IMG/VR virus record: IMGVR_UViG_3300048598_000516
Coordinates: 161-64,160 of that record
Reading direction: 5' to 3' (one strand)
Origin: a virus
DNA: 64,000 nt
The position numbers and the translations under genes were made by a program. The notes under the pieces were generated by a model. The model searched no databases and was not told where the DNA came from. It saw only the letters and a list, made by a program, of their open reading frames with translations. Positions 24,898-34,396 of this stretch are shown here, in pieces. Numbering within the stretch: the first letter of the stretch is position 1; the number at the start of each line of letters is the position of its first letter.

Positions 24898-25434
24898 ATG
24901 TCCGACATCAAAATTCACGCGGGAGGGAAGTCGGTTCTCGCCAACCCGCGAGACCTGCGGCCCTACGAGCGCAACTCCAAGACCCACAGCGACGAGCAGA
25001 TCGACCTGATCCGACAGTCGTTCCGGCAGTACGGATTCACGGTCCCGATCATCGTCGATGAAGAGTGGATGATCCTCGCGGGGCATGCGCGCCAGAAGGC
25101 TGCGATCATGGAGGACATGCCGGCCGTTCCGATCGTCGTGCTGACCGGGCTCACCGAGGCGCAGAAGCGCGCCTACGTCATCGCCGACAACAAGATGACC
25201 GAGCGAGGTGGGTGGGACAACGACCTGCTCAAGATCGAGCTGGAGTTCCTGCAGGGCGAAGGGTTCGACCTCGACCTGACCGGCCTGACCGTCGATGAGA
25301 TGGGAGACATCCTCGTCGATGGAGATGGCGAACACGCCTCCGATGAGGACGAGGACGACGATCCGGAAGAGCCGAACGACGTGTGCCCGCACTGCGGCGG
25401 CGCGCTTTCGGTGAAGCTCGTCACCAAGCACTGA
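24898..25434 (+). CDS. ParB/Srx N-terminal domain protein
   Basis: LRPYERNSKTHSDEQI...GFTVPIIVDE...ILAGHARQKAA...RAYVIADNK; C-terminal CPHCG. Confidence 0.85.
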   Translation: MSDIKIHAGGKSVLANPRDLRPYERNSKTHSDEQIDLIRQSFRQYGFTVPIIVDEEWMILAGHARQKAAIMEDMPAVPIVVLTGLTEAQKRAYVIADNKMTERGGWDNDLLKIELEFLQGEGFDLDLTGLTVDEMGDILVDGDGEHASDEDEDDDPEEPNDVCPHCGGALSVKLVTKH

Positions 25435-25475
25435 TCAGACTGTTACCCCGACAAATCTTGGAAAGGGCATTCCAG

Positions 25476-25907
25476 ATGCTCAAGAAACTCCCCGGCCGCA
25501 TCTTCGCCGACTTCGACGACCTCGTGACCGCCAAATGCAATTCGATCCACGACGTCCGCACGTCGACGCTGGTGCCGGCCATGTGCGGCCTGCTCGCCAC
25601 CCACAACGTCATCGTCCTGTCGATCTTCCCGGCGCTGGAGATGGAAGACAGCTTCAATCGCCGACTGGCCTACGGCTGGATCGGGCTCGACAGCCTCACG
25701 AAGTCGTTCGATCGCATCATCGAGACCTACGCCGTCAACGAGGACGACGTCCTGATCTCGCGCAACCCGGCATACCGTGAGGCGTTCCATGTCGCCGGCT
25801 TCGCCGCCTGCGAGCCCCACGAACTGCTGCGGACGCTGTTCAATCCGATCGACGGCGGCGTGACCGGCCTTGCTCCGGTGAATTCAGAGCCGCTCAAGTT
25901 CGCCTGA
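25476..25907 (+). CDS. hypothetical protein
   Basis: MLKKLPGRIFADF... ORF followed by a hairpin and T tract. Confidence 0.55.
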   Translation: MLKKLPGRIFADFDDLVTAKCNSIHDVRTSTLVPAMCGLLATHNVIVLSIFPALEMEDSFNRRLAYGWIGLDSLTKSFDRIIETYAVNEDDVLISRNPAYREAFHVAGFAACEPHELLRTLFNPIDGGVTGLAPVNSEPLKFA

Positions 25908-26435
25908 CGCACGAGCCGCGAGCACCGCGCGGCTACAATTTTTTTATTTTATTTTCCAGAGGGTTACGCACGAGAGCGTTGCCCTCTGGATCGCGATTCC
26001 GTGTGGTACAACCAGTGTCACAACCGCGCCGCGCCGCACAATCGACCTGTGGTTGCATTCGACCACCGGCATCGCCAGACCATGCCGGCCGTTTAGGCGA
26101 CCGCGCGGCGCGGCGGCCGGCGGCGACAGACGAGCCCCGCGCGATGCGTGGCTAGGGTGGTGGCTTGACCGGCTGGCGCCCGCGTACGGGCTTCCCAGCG
26201 GCCACGGTATCAGTGCGGCCAAACGACTTCCCTCCTCTCGACCAACGCGGAAAGGCGCGCGCCTTCGTCATCCGTCAATCGATTGATTGGCGGATGTTCC
26301 GGACGCGCGACGGCGCCACGGCCGCGAACGCGCGACCATGGGCAAGCCTTCGGCCCGCCCGGCGGAGTCCGGCCACGGCTGGACTCGGCGAGACGGACGA
26401 GACACCGGCGACCTTTCGGCGACCGGGGTTCTCGA

Positions 26436-26654
26436 TCAAATAGTGATTTCGCCGGGAATGTCGATCCTTACCCACGCGTCCGGCCATCGTCGGGCATGGC
26501 ACCTCGCGACGATGGACTCGGCGACGTCGATAGCCTCGCCCAACGTCTCGCGCGCGATCTCGCGCCGCGCGCCCGACCGACGCGCCACGGGGCGAGAACA
26601 CGTCACGATGAATCCCGACGACGTCGCCTTGATCGTAATTGCTTCGCTGCCCAT
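26436..26654 (-). CDS. hypothetical protein (cos-proximal block)
   Basis: 72 aa ORF with GAGG RBS. Confidence 0.5.
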   Translation of the reverse strand: MGSEAITIKATSSGFIVTCSRPVARRSGARREIARETLGEAIDVAESIVARCHARRWPDAWVRIDIPGEITI

Positions 26655-26905
26655 GGCGCCCTCATTCGCTTGCGAGACGAGAAGCCGCGCGCGCGAGTTG
26701 CTCGAATGTCGGGATAATGTCCAAATTATTCGAATTCAACGATATCTCTTTAGACCGCAGCCTATTCCAATCTCTTTCCAATGCCTCCAACAAGTAAATC
26801 ATTGCGGTTTGTCTATCGACAAACCCGCCGCGAGCCCTGTTGAAGGCATCTAATGCTCGCTGAACCGCGATTGTATTACCCTTATCGACCACCTTTTCCA
26901 TGACG

Positions 26906-27151
26906 TCACCTCGCGAGATAGGGCAATTCGAAGTGCGACGCGGCGAAGTTGGACGCGTCTTGTGAAAGAGCGAGAATGTCGCGCCCGTCATAGTCCGTCG
27001 ACACGTCGACAAGGTCGCCGGCCGCGTCGAATTCGAACGTAATCGCGCAATCCGGAAGGCCGGAACATGGCCAACGATCGCGGAATTCGAGAACCTCGGT
27101 TCGGCAGAACGTGACGGAATACGCGCGAGGCGTTCCGGTAATCTTCGGCAT
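26906..27151 (-). CDS. hypothetical protein (cos-proximal block)
   Basis: MPKITGTPRAYSVTF... with GAGG RBS. Confidence 0.55.
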   Translation of the reverse strand: MPKITGTPRAYSVTFCRTEVLEFRDRWPCSGLPDCAITFEFDAAGDLVDVSTDYDGRDILALSQDASNFAASHFELPYLAR

Positions 27152-27344
27152 GACTTCACCTCTTGATAACGTATGACGTCGCGCCGTTCGCCCAACGGCA
27201 AAGGATGACTCGCCCTTGTGGGTGCGACCGTTCGGAAAGAACCTCGCAAACCTTCCCCCAGACGATCCGGGTTTCAGCAAACGCGGGCGACGAGAGACAC
27301 GCCGCGAGAAACGCGGCGACGATTGTCCGCATGGCCGCGCCTCC

Positions 27345-28220
27345 TCAAACGACAGTCAGGCCGGCCGCTTCGTTGAAGGCGTCGCGGTGTTCCTTGCTCG
27401 GATAGAACCCGCCGACGTAATCGCGCCCGATGCCTTCGCCGGACGAAAGAGCCACCATTTCGCCGAGAAGTCGCGACATGTCGCCCCGCATCGACATGAG
27501 TCGGCCACGAAGCGCGACCTTCACGTGATCGAAACCGGAAAGGACGCCGCAAGCCGTCCGGATTTCCTTGACGAGTGCCAGCGCTTCCCGACGGATCGAG
27601 TCGCGCTCGTCCTTGCGGTCTCGCCACATCGAACCGGCCGACCACGCGGAGTCGTAATCTCGAGCCTCTTCCGCCTCTCGTCCGGCGCGTCCATCGGCGA
27701 ATCTCGCCGCGCCGCGCTTGGCGCCGTCGTCTTCTCCCCACGGCGAACCGCCGACCTCGCCGAATTCGAGATCGGCTTTCCGCAGATACACGCGGCGCGG
27801 CTTTTCATTGAAAGCGTCCGTCACGGCCGCGACGTACACCGCACGCCCCTTGCGCGCGGGAAGTTGCCAGACTTCGCCCCGGATCGTCTCGCCGATGCGT
27901 TCCGCGTCGACATAGTACCCCGTGGCGCCGCGATGATCGCCGATGACGTCGAACGACGATCCGACCAGACGAAACCCACAATCGGACGGGTCTTCGATCC
28001 AACGCGCGCCGTTGGCGTCGGCCGCGCCGACTCGCGAATTGACGTGGAACGTCTTCGGAGAATAGCGCTTGACGTTCTTCGCCACGTCCTCGCGCGCGAG
28101 GCGAAGCGCCGCGAACGCGGGAGTCATCGCCGAAGAAATCAGCCCCTCGCGCGCGACGCGGTGACACGACCGGCGACGATGATAGCGGAAGGCATCGAGC
28201 AAGGCGGATTCGGTGGACAT
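27345..28220 (-). CDS. hypothetical protein (cos-proximal block)
   Basis: 291 aa ORF with a purine-rich RBS. Confidence 0.7.
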   Translation of the reverse strand: MSTESALLDAFRYHRRRSCHRVAREGLISSAMTPAFAALRLAREDVAKNVKRYSPKTFHVNSRVGAADANGARWIEDPSDCGFRLVGSSFDVIGDHRGATGYYVDAERIGETIRGEVWQLPARKGRAVYVAAVTDAFNEKPRRVYLRKADLEFGEVGGSPWGEDDGAKRGAARFADGRAGREAEEARDYDSAWSAGSMWRDRKDERDSIRREALALVKEIRTACGVLSGFDHVKVALRGRLMSMRGDMSRLLGEMVALSSGEGIGRDYVGGFYPSKEHRDAFNEAAGLTVV

Positions 28221-28311
28221 GGTCTAATTCCCTCTCTCTGTGAGTGCCGCCAGAAACCCGCCGCGCGGGCTTGTGGCGGCACTCACGGCGCGCGCCGTGA
28301 GTGCGTTCGCG

Positions 28312-29790
28312 TCAGGCGACCATGGGGAGTCCGAAGCACGGCGCCGCGAGGTGCGGCACTTCCCGAACCGCGAGACGTTCCATTTCGGCAAACTCGATGA
28401 AATGGCAACCGATCGTGATGTTTCCGGCAACGTCGATTGCGGACAAGGTGAAGTGTCCCGCCCGCATGTTCTCGCGCCCGGCATGCCATGCCGTTCCGGA
28501 CGCGCGGCACTGTCGCGCAAGCCGATAGATTGCCACAGCCTCGCGGAAGGGGGCGACGGCGCCGCGCGACGTTTCCAGATTGTCGCCGCGACGACGGACG
28601 AGGGTCGGCGAAGACTGATAGAACGCCCCTGCAGCGCCGTTGATCCACGCTTCCGCCGTCATGTCGGGGCGACGGCCGTTGATTTCGGCCATGCGGCGAC
28701 GGTGAACGACGTTCTCCGCGTCGGGACTCGACGCTTTGACGGTCGCATGAATTTCGTTCCGGAAGAGAATGACGCGGGCGAAAGCGCTCTGAATGGCACG
28801 CATCGCCCGTGGGTGCGTCTTGTAGAAACCGAGACGTTCGGCGCGACCAAACATCCATGTCGAACCGAAACCATTCGAGTCCGACCGCCGCGACGAAAAT
28901 GCCATATTGGCAAGATCATGCCGGAAGCGGTGAAGTTCTTCGGCATCAAGCAACGCCTGCCGCCGAGCATGGCACGCCTTCGCCGCGTCTCGATACATCC
29001 TTTCGAGACCGTTCGAAGCATTGAGCACGCGAGCATGTTTGCCGCACGCCTTGACGACCTTCCGGGCGCGATGGATAGCAAGCGCCATGCGTTCGCAAGT
29101 CGACGCGCGCAAGCCGGCCTCATGCATTCCAGTCACCTCCGGAAGCGACGCGACCGTTTCGGCGATGTTCAGTCGCTTCGCCGCCGGGTCGCGGAGGATT
29201 TCCAACGCCTGCCGAATTTCGTCGGCTTCATGCTGCATCCGCTCTTTCGTCAAGTTGCGCTCGTGCAACTTGATGAGGGACTCGACTGACGTCGTCTTGA
29301 TTCCGAGCATCGACGAGAGGATGACGCGCGCGATTTCGGGCGCGTTGTCGTTGTTCATGTAGTGCAGCGCTCCGAACGTTGCGACGCGCCGTGCAATATC
29401 GTTGACGGTTCGAACACTGCCGCACTTGTTCCCGGTCAACGACGAAACGTGCAAGAGAAAGTCGCGGTCGCTCGTCGCGCGATACATGATCGACTTATGC
29501 TTTGCCGTCGATTTCGAATACACGTCGGAATTCACGAGAATAACGCGCCGCATCTCGACTTTCTCGCCGGCCTTGATGGTGACGTATCCGACGAAACGCG
29601 CGATTTCGTAGTGAGTGCCATAAGAGAAGAGCGAGCCACGGCGGAAGAACATGCGGCCATCAGCGGACTCGCCTTCCTCGATCGACCATTGCGCCCAAGT
29701 ATGGGCGAGATTGTCATGGGAACCGAACTTGCGCCGACGGACGGACGAAAGGGAATTCAGTTCGCTGGAAAACTCGACCTTGATCGACAT
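28312..29790 (-). CDS. large hypothetical protein (cos-proximal block)
   Basis: About 492 aa from MSIKVEF; AAGGA RBS; contains the near-match to array spacer 1. Confidence 0.75.
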   Translation of the reverse strand: MSIKVEFSSELNSLSSVRRRKFGSHDNLAHTWAQWSIEEGESADGRMFFRRGSLFSYGTHYEIARFVGYVTIKAGEKVEMRRVILVNSDVYSKSTAKHKSIMYRATSDRDFLLHVSSLTGNKCGSVRTVNDIARRVATFGALHYMNNDNAPEIARVILSSMLGIKTTSVESLIKLHERNLTKERMQHEADEIRQALEILRDPAAKRLNIAETVASLPEVTGMHEAGLRASTCERMALAIHRARKVVKACGKHARVLNASNGLERMYRDAAKACHARRQALLDAEELHRFRHDLANMAFSSRRSDSNGFGSTWMFGRAERLGFYKTHPRAMRAIQSAFARVILFRNEIHATVKASSPDAENVVHRRRMAEINGRRPDMTAEAWINGAAGAFYQSSPTLVRRRGDNLETSRGAVAPFREAVAIYRLARQCRASGTAWHAGRENMRAGHFTLSAIDVAGNITIGCHFIEFAEMERLAVREVPHLAAPCFGLPMVA

Positions 29791-29924
29791 ATCGGCATTC
29801 CTTCTTTTGCTGTATTGGCAGGGCGACCGCGTCGGTTCAACCGACCGTGCCAATACCAATAGACCCAACTTGCCAAACTGGCAAGGGGCCTATCAGCGTT
29901 TCGACCAAAAAATTGTGGTGGCAC

Positions 29925-30560
29925 TCACAGCATGTTCGACAACGCCCGCGCCGTCTCGAAATTGGACCCGAACGCCGCGCGACAGAACGCCCCCGCCTCG
30001 CAACACGCCTTGAACGATCGTTCGGCCTTGCGACTGTCTTCGTCGTACCCTAATTCCCTCGCCCACAACTCAAAAGTCATGCCCGGGTCTGGGGTGTCGC
30101 GAAGAAGCGACGACACGACGTCGAAAAGCGAGGGATTCCACGCCGCGCGAATGCGCTCGATGAGGCCTTCGGACGCGCAAAGACGTTCCCACTTCGCGCC
30201 GTATTCACGCTTCGCGCGCGCGACTTCGTGGCGGATAAACGATGTACCGTGCTTTTCCGCCCATTGGATAGGATGCGCCGAACCGGCGGAATACTCGCAC
30301 GTGAACGAGGATTCCTCGATCCACCGTTGCCCGACTAGGCGACGCGGGAACGTGACGCGGCACTGGCGATGAACTGCCGACTTGTCCCACTCCGAATTGG
30401 TCGAGTTGGCGCGGGTAAGAAGCGGGACGCATTCGAGTTTGCCGCCCATTCCGTCGATGATCGCGGCTAGGTCCTTCGCAGCGAGTTCATATTCAGCGAT
30501 GCCGGCTTCATCGGCGCGAGATTCAAAGGCTTCATAGTCGAAAGTCATGGTGTTCACCAT
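29925..30560 (-). CDS. phage early hypothetical protein
   Basis: C-terminal TFELWARELGYDEDSRKAERSFKAC pattern seen in phage early genes. Confidence 0.65.
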   Translation of the reverse strand: MVNTMTFDYEAFESRADEAGIAEYELAAKDLAAIIDGMGGKLECVPLLTRANSTNSEWDKSAVHRQCRVTFPRRLVGQRWIEESSFTCEYSAGSAHPIQWAEKHGTSFIRHEVARAKREYGAKWERLCASEGLIERIRAAWNPSLFDVVSSLLRDTPDPGMTFELWARELGYDEDSRKAERSFKACCEAGAFCRAAFGSNFETARALSNML

Positions 30561-30672
30561 CCGGGCGCGAGGAAAGGGGAGAACGCGACGAGACACGCCG
30601 CGAGGAAGAGGGCGACATTTTCGGCAAACTTGGACGTCAAGAGCCGTTCGGCGAGACGATCGATTGCGTCGA

Positions 30673-30924
30673 TCATTCGGACTCGCCTTCCCTTGCCGCG
30701 AACGACTCAGAGTCGGCTTCCGCGTCCTCCTTCGTGGCGAAGCACGTGACGGAATAGGCCGGATCGTCTTCGTCCTCGCCCGTCTCGATGCACCATTCGC
30801 CAGAAACGCACATGGACGTTTCCGCATTGGCAGGGCACGGGAACACGAAAGAGGCCGGATCGTCCGCAAGCGAGGCCGACGAAACAAGCGCGAGGCACGC
30901 GGCGATGATGAGTCCTTTGACCAT
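30673..30924 (-). CDS. small secreted acidic Cys-rich protein
   Basis: Signal peptide MVKGLIIAACLALVSSASLA. Confidence 0.55.
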   Translation of the reverse strand: MVKGLIIAACLALVSSASLADDPASFVFPCPANAETSMCVSGEWCIETGEDEDDPAYSVTCFATKEDAEADSESFAAREGESE

Positions 30925-30925
30925 G

Positions 30926-31087
30926 TCACCCCCTACGAAGACAGACAGAGGCCGACACGCGGCCGACTCGAATGAACGTGATTCCGCCGACGCGACGGGC
31001 GGAAACGGATTCGGCCGCACGCTGCATCACAAGCGCCGCGCGCAACGACCAGACCATGAAGTGAGACTCGGCAAGGGCGTAAGACAT
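30926..31087 (-). CDS. small hypothetical protein
   Basis: MSYALAESHF... with GAGG RBS; first gene of the block. Confidence 0.5.
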   Translation of the reverse strand: MSYALAESHFMVWSLRAALVMQRAAESVSARRVGGITFIRVGRVSASVCLRRG

Positions 31088-31500
31088 GTTCGCCACCTCG
31101 TTCTGTATCAAAATTCACATGGAGCAATCCATAAGGCATCAATGCCATATTGTCAACCGACGCGCTGCCTGTTTGGCACGCATCGCCCGTGCGACTGTTA
31201 CCCCTCTCAGTCTTGAACCGTGCCGCCGTACGGCGCTTGCTGGTCTCTGGGATGCAGTGGGGCTAGCCTAGCGCCACAGGGCGAACGCACGCCGACACCC
31301 TCACAGAATACCCAGCGTCCGACACAGCACGGCATTATTGCGACGTATTAGTTAGGCCCTTCTGGTCGATGCCAAACAATCACGCATAGGGCACCATAGT
31401 GCCGAATTGGGCACGACCATTGCGAGTAAATGATTGATAAACACGCAATTCTAGACGATGGCGGATGATCACTATTCGTTCCTAAGCACAGAGCGTGCTA

Positions 31501-31515
31501 GTTCACTATTCGTTC
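31501..31515. promoter_or_regulatory. alphaproteobacterial LexA (SOS) box candidate
   Basis: GTTC-ACTATTC-GTTC; a degenerate copy GATC-ACTATTC-GTTC lies just upstream. Confidence 0.45.
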
Positions 31516-31663
31516 CAGTCTAGCGGGTCGACTAGAGGGCATTGCGTGAACATTTCGCGACCGCAGCAAGTCAGTCGATAGACAAACCGCGAACGATGGC
31601 AGTCGAGCACTAGATATAGTGGCGCCTATGGCGGCGCACCACTACATCTGGATTGTGCGGCGC

Positions 31664-31890
31664 GGGTCCTCCGCCAGCTGGAGACTGTCGCGGGGGCGCG
31701 CTGCCGCGAGATCTCGCTAGGCGTGGGTCAAATTCCACGTCCCAAAGGCTACAGGCGCTCATAGATCGGCGCAAGGGATGACGGCAGATACCCTCGTGCC
31801 GCCGGCGACGGGACGTCCCAGAGGCCGGTTTCTGCGGCGAGAGAACAGGAAGTAGCGGTCTGATGGGGACGTCCCACCCGTCGCGTCCCA
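31664..31890 (+). other. predicted lambda-like cos site (cosQ/cosN/cosB)
   Basis: GGGTCCT (31664-31670); TCGCG-[GGGGCGCGCTGC]-CGCGA (12-nt core 31693-31704); four CGTCCCA repeats before terS. Confidence 0.7.
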
Positions 31891-31956
31891 CGAAGACTCA
31901 CCCAGAGATAGCGCTGAACCCAGATACGGCCTGAACCCAACAGCGAGGGAACAGCC

Positions 31957-32544
31957 GTGAAACAGGCAGAGGCCGCCGCATACGTCGGCGTTGATCGAAA
32001 GCGCATCCGCACGCTGCATGAGCAAGGTCGGATCAAGCGCAACAACGTCACCGGCGAATACGACAAGGCCTCTCTCGACGCTTACATCGCGACCCGAGAC
32101 CCTGATCGCCGTGCCGTCGGCAAGCGTGGCAACAGCGCCCCCGACGAACCGTCTCAGTCAATCCAGCCGAAGCCAGCAACCCGCGTCGGGCGACCGCCGA
32201 GCCTCTCTCCCGCCGCCGGCTCAGGCTCAGGCGCCGCCGGCCTGACCTACGCCGACCTGCAGCGTGCGGAGAAGGCCGAGAAGGTCCGGATCCTGCAGTC
32301 GAAGCGGAAGCGCATGGACGGCGATCTGCTGCCGAAGGAGGACGTCGTCAACGCCCTGTTCTCGGTCGTGAAGGTCGTGCAGCAGAAGATCGTCGCGTGG
32401 GAGCCCAAGTTCCTCCCCCACATGAGCGACACGGGGCGCGAGCTGGTCAAGAGCGAAATCCGACTGTTGCTCGACGGCCTCGCGACAGCATGCACAGAGC
32501 TGCCCGACAAGGTCCACAAGGACGATGAGGGCGCCGCGTCGTGA
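31957..32544 (+). CDS. terS: terminase small subunit
   Basis: N-terminal winged-HTH-like segment and a coiled coil; directly upstream of terL. Confidence 0.8.
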   Translation: MKQAEAAAYVGVDRKRIRTLHEQGRIKRNNVTGEYDKASLDAYIATRDPDRRAVGKRGNSAPDEPSQSIQPKPATRVGRPPSLSPAAGSGSGAAGLTYADLQRAEKAEKVRILQSKRKRMDGDLLPKEDVVNALFSVVKVVQQKIVAWEPKFLPHMSDTGRELVKSEIRLLLDGLATACTELPDKVHKDDEGAAS

Positions 32545-34328
32545 GCCGAGCCCTCGAACTACTCTCGTCGGCCGCCGCCCGCGCCTTCCGTCCGCCGCCC
32601 AACTGGAAGTTGTGGGAATGGGCTGATGAACGCCGCTACCTGTCCTCGAAATCGTCCGCCGAGCCGGGTAAGTGGCGCACGTCTCGCGTCCCTCACATGT
32701 ATGAGATCATGGAAGCCTTCACCGATCCAAAGGTGGAGACGATTGTTCTCATGTTTGGAGCCCAGCTCGCGAAGACAGAGCTGATTCTGAACGCTATCGG
32801 ATACTTCGCCGATCTCGACCCGTGCCCGATGATGATGGTGCAGCCGACGGTCGAAATGGCCGAGGCAGTGTCGAAAGATCGCGTCGAGCCGCTCTTCTAC
32901 GAGTCCCCGGCTCTGAGAGATCTTCTCGGCGAGGCGAAGGCGAAGAAGTCGTCGCAGACCATTCTATACAAGTCGTTCCCCGGCGGGCAGCTCACGATGG
33001 TGGGTGCGAACGCCCCGGCGGCGCTGGCCTCGCGCCCGATCCGCGTCGTGATGTGCGACGAGACCGATCGCTTCCCTGTGTCGGCCGGCGAGGAAGGCGA
33101 CCCAATTCAGCTCGCCATCAAGCGAACCGCTACATTCCCGAACACGAAGAAGATCATCCTCACGTCAACGCCGACGGTGAAGGGCGTTTCGCGCATCGAG
33201 AAGGCCTACAACGGATCTGACAAGCGCATACGAGAGGTCCGCTGCCCTCACTGTAACGAGTTTCACGAGATGAGTATCTCGAACATCAAGTGTGAGCCAG
33301 CAGACGATTGGGAGGCTGCAGTTTATGCGTGCCCGAAATGCGGCGTTACTTGGGATGAGGCGGATAGACTTCACGCGATGGATCACGGACGATGGGTCGC
33401 TACTGCCGAGTTCAAGGGCATTGCTGGATTCAAACTCTCCGGCCTCAACTCTCCATGGTACACGATCAAGGGGATCCAGAAGGAGTTGATAGAGGCACGC
33501 AACGACCCGGCACTCTACCGAGTCTTCGTCAATACAGTGCTGGGCGAGCCCCACATGGACGAGACCGACGCAATCGAGGAATCGATGCTGATGGCGCGGC
33601 GCGAGCCTCTCGGTCTGGAGAAGATCCCGAAGGATGTGCTGGCGATGACCGCCGGCATCGACGTCCAGCAGGACCGCGCCGAGATCACGTCAATTGGCTG
33701 GAGCGAGACGCAGAGCTACGTCCTCGATCACACCGTTATTTACGGAGACCCGACGGGGTCAGACCTGTGGAAGAATGTCGACGACTTCATCCGGACGAAG
33801 CACAAGCACGCCCTTGGCGGCCGGATAGGGTACGATGCTGTTGGCGTCGACTCCGGTAACTGGTCACAGGAGGTTTACAACTTCTGCTCTACGAAGAACG
33901 GGCGTGGCGTCTATGCGGTGAAGGGCGTCCCCGGCCCCCGCCCGATCTGGATGGCGTCGAGGACGACGCTCAAGACTGGCGGCCGGCTGTTTCTAGTCGG
34001 CACGGACACATCGAAGGCAGATCTCTTTCATCGGTTCCGTCTCGGGGACTCGACAGCGCCGTCATACGTCCACTGGCACGACGCGATGGATCTTCCTTAC
34101 TTCGAACAGGTCCTCTCTGAGTATCGCGATCTCAAGTTTCAGAACGGCGTCCCGAAGTATATTTGGACGAGAAAGCCCGGCCGCCGCGCCGAAGCACTCG
34201 ACTGTCTCGTGTATGGCTTCGCCGTGCGCCAGTCGTTCAAACCGAACTGGGAGGACAGGCGAAAGCGTCTCAAGGTCAACGGCGGTAGCACACTCGACTT
34301 TTCGGCTCTCGGTCAGATGATGAACTGA
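32541..34328 (+). CDS. terL: terminase large subunit (lambda GpA family)
   Basis: EPGKWRTSRVP, GAQLAKTE, CDETDRF, STPT, AGIDVQQDR, GVDSG, AEALDCLVY. Confidence 0.95.
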   Translation: MSRALELLSSAAARAFRPPPNWKLWEWADERRYLSSKSSAEPGKWRTSRVPHMYEIMEAFTDPKVETIVLMFGAQLAKTELILNAIGYFADLDPCPMMMVQPTVEMAEAVSKDRVEPLFYESPALRDLLGEAKAKKSSQTILYKSFPGGQLTMVGANAPAALASRPIRVVMCDETDRFPVSAGEEGDPIQLAIKRTATFPNTKKIILTSTPTVKGVSRIEKAYNGSDKRIREVRCPHCNEFHEMSISNIKCEPADDWEAAVYACPKCGVTWDEADRLHAMDHGRWVATAEFKGIAGFKLSGLNSPWYTIKGIQKELIEARNDPALYRVFVNTVLGEPHMDETDAIEESMLMARREPLGLEKIPKDVLAMTAGIDVQQDRAEITSIGWSETQSYVLDHTVIYGDPTGSDLWKNVDDFIRTKHKHALGGRIGYDAVGVDSGNWSQEVYNFCSTKNGRGVYAVKGVPGPRPIWMASRTTLKTGGRLFLVGTDTSKADLFHRFRLGDSTAPSYVHWHDAMDLPYFEQVLSEYRDLKFQNGVPKYIWTRKPGRRAEALDCLVYGFAVRQSFKPNWEDRRKRLKVNGGSTLDFSALGQMMN

Positions 34329-34396
34329 ACCGTCCCCAGATGACGACCGCCTCCATGTCGTAAGCCGAAGCTGGCGAACCCAGATCAGGCTCTGCC

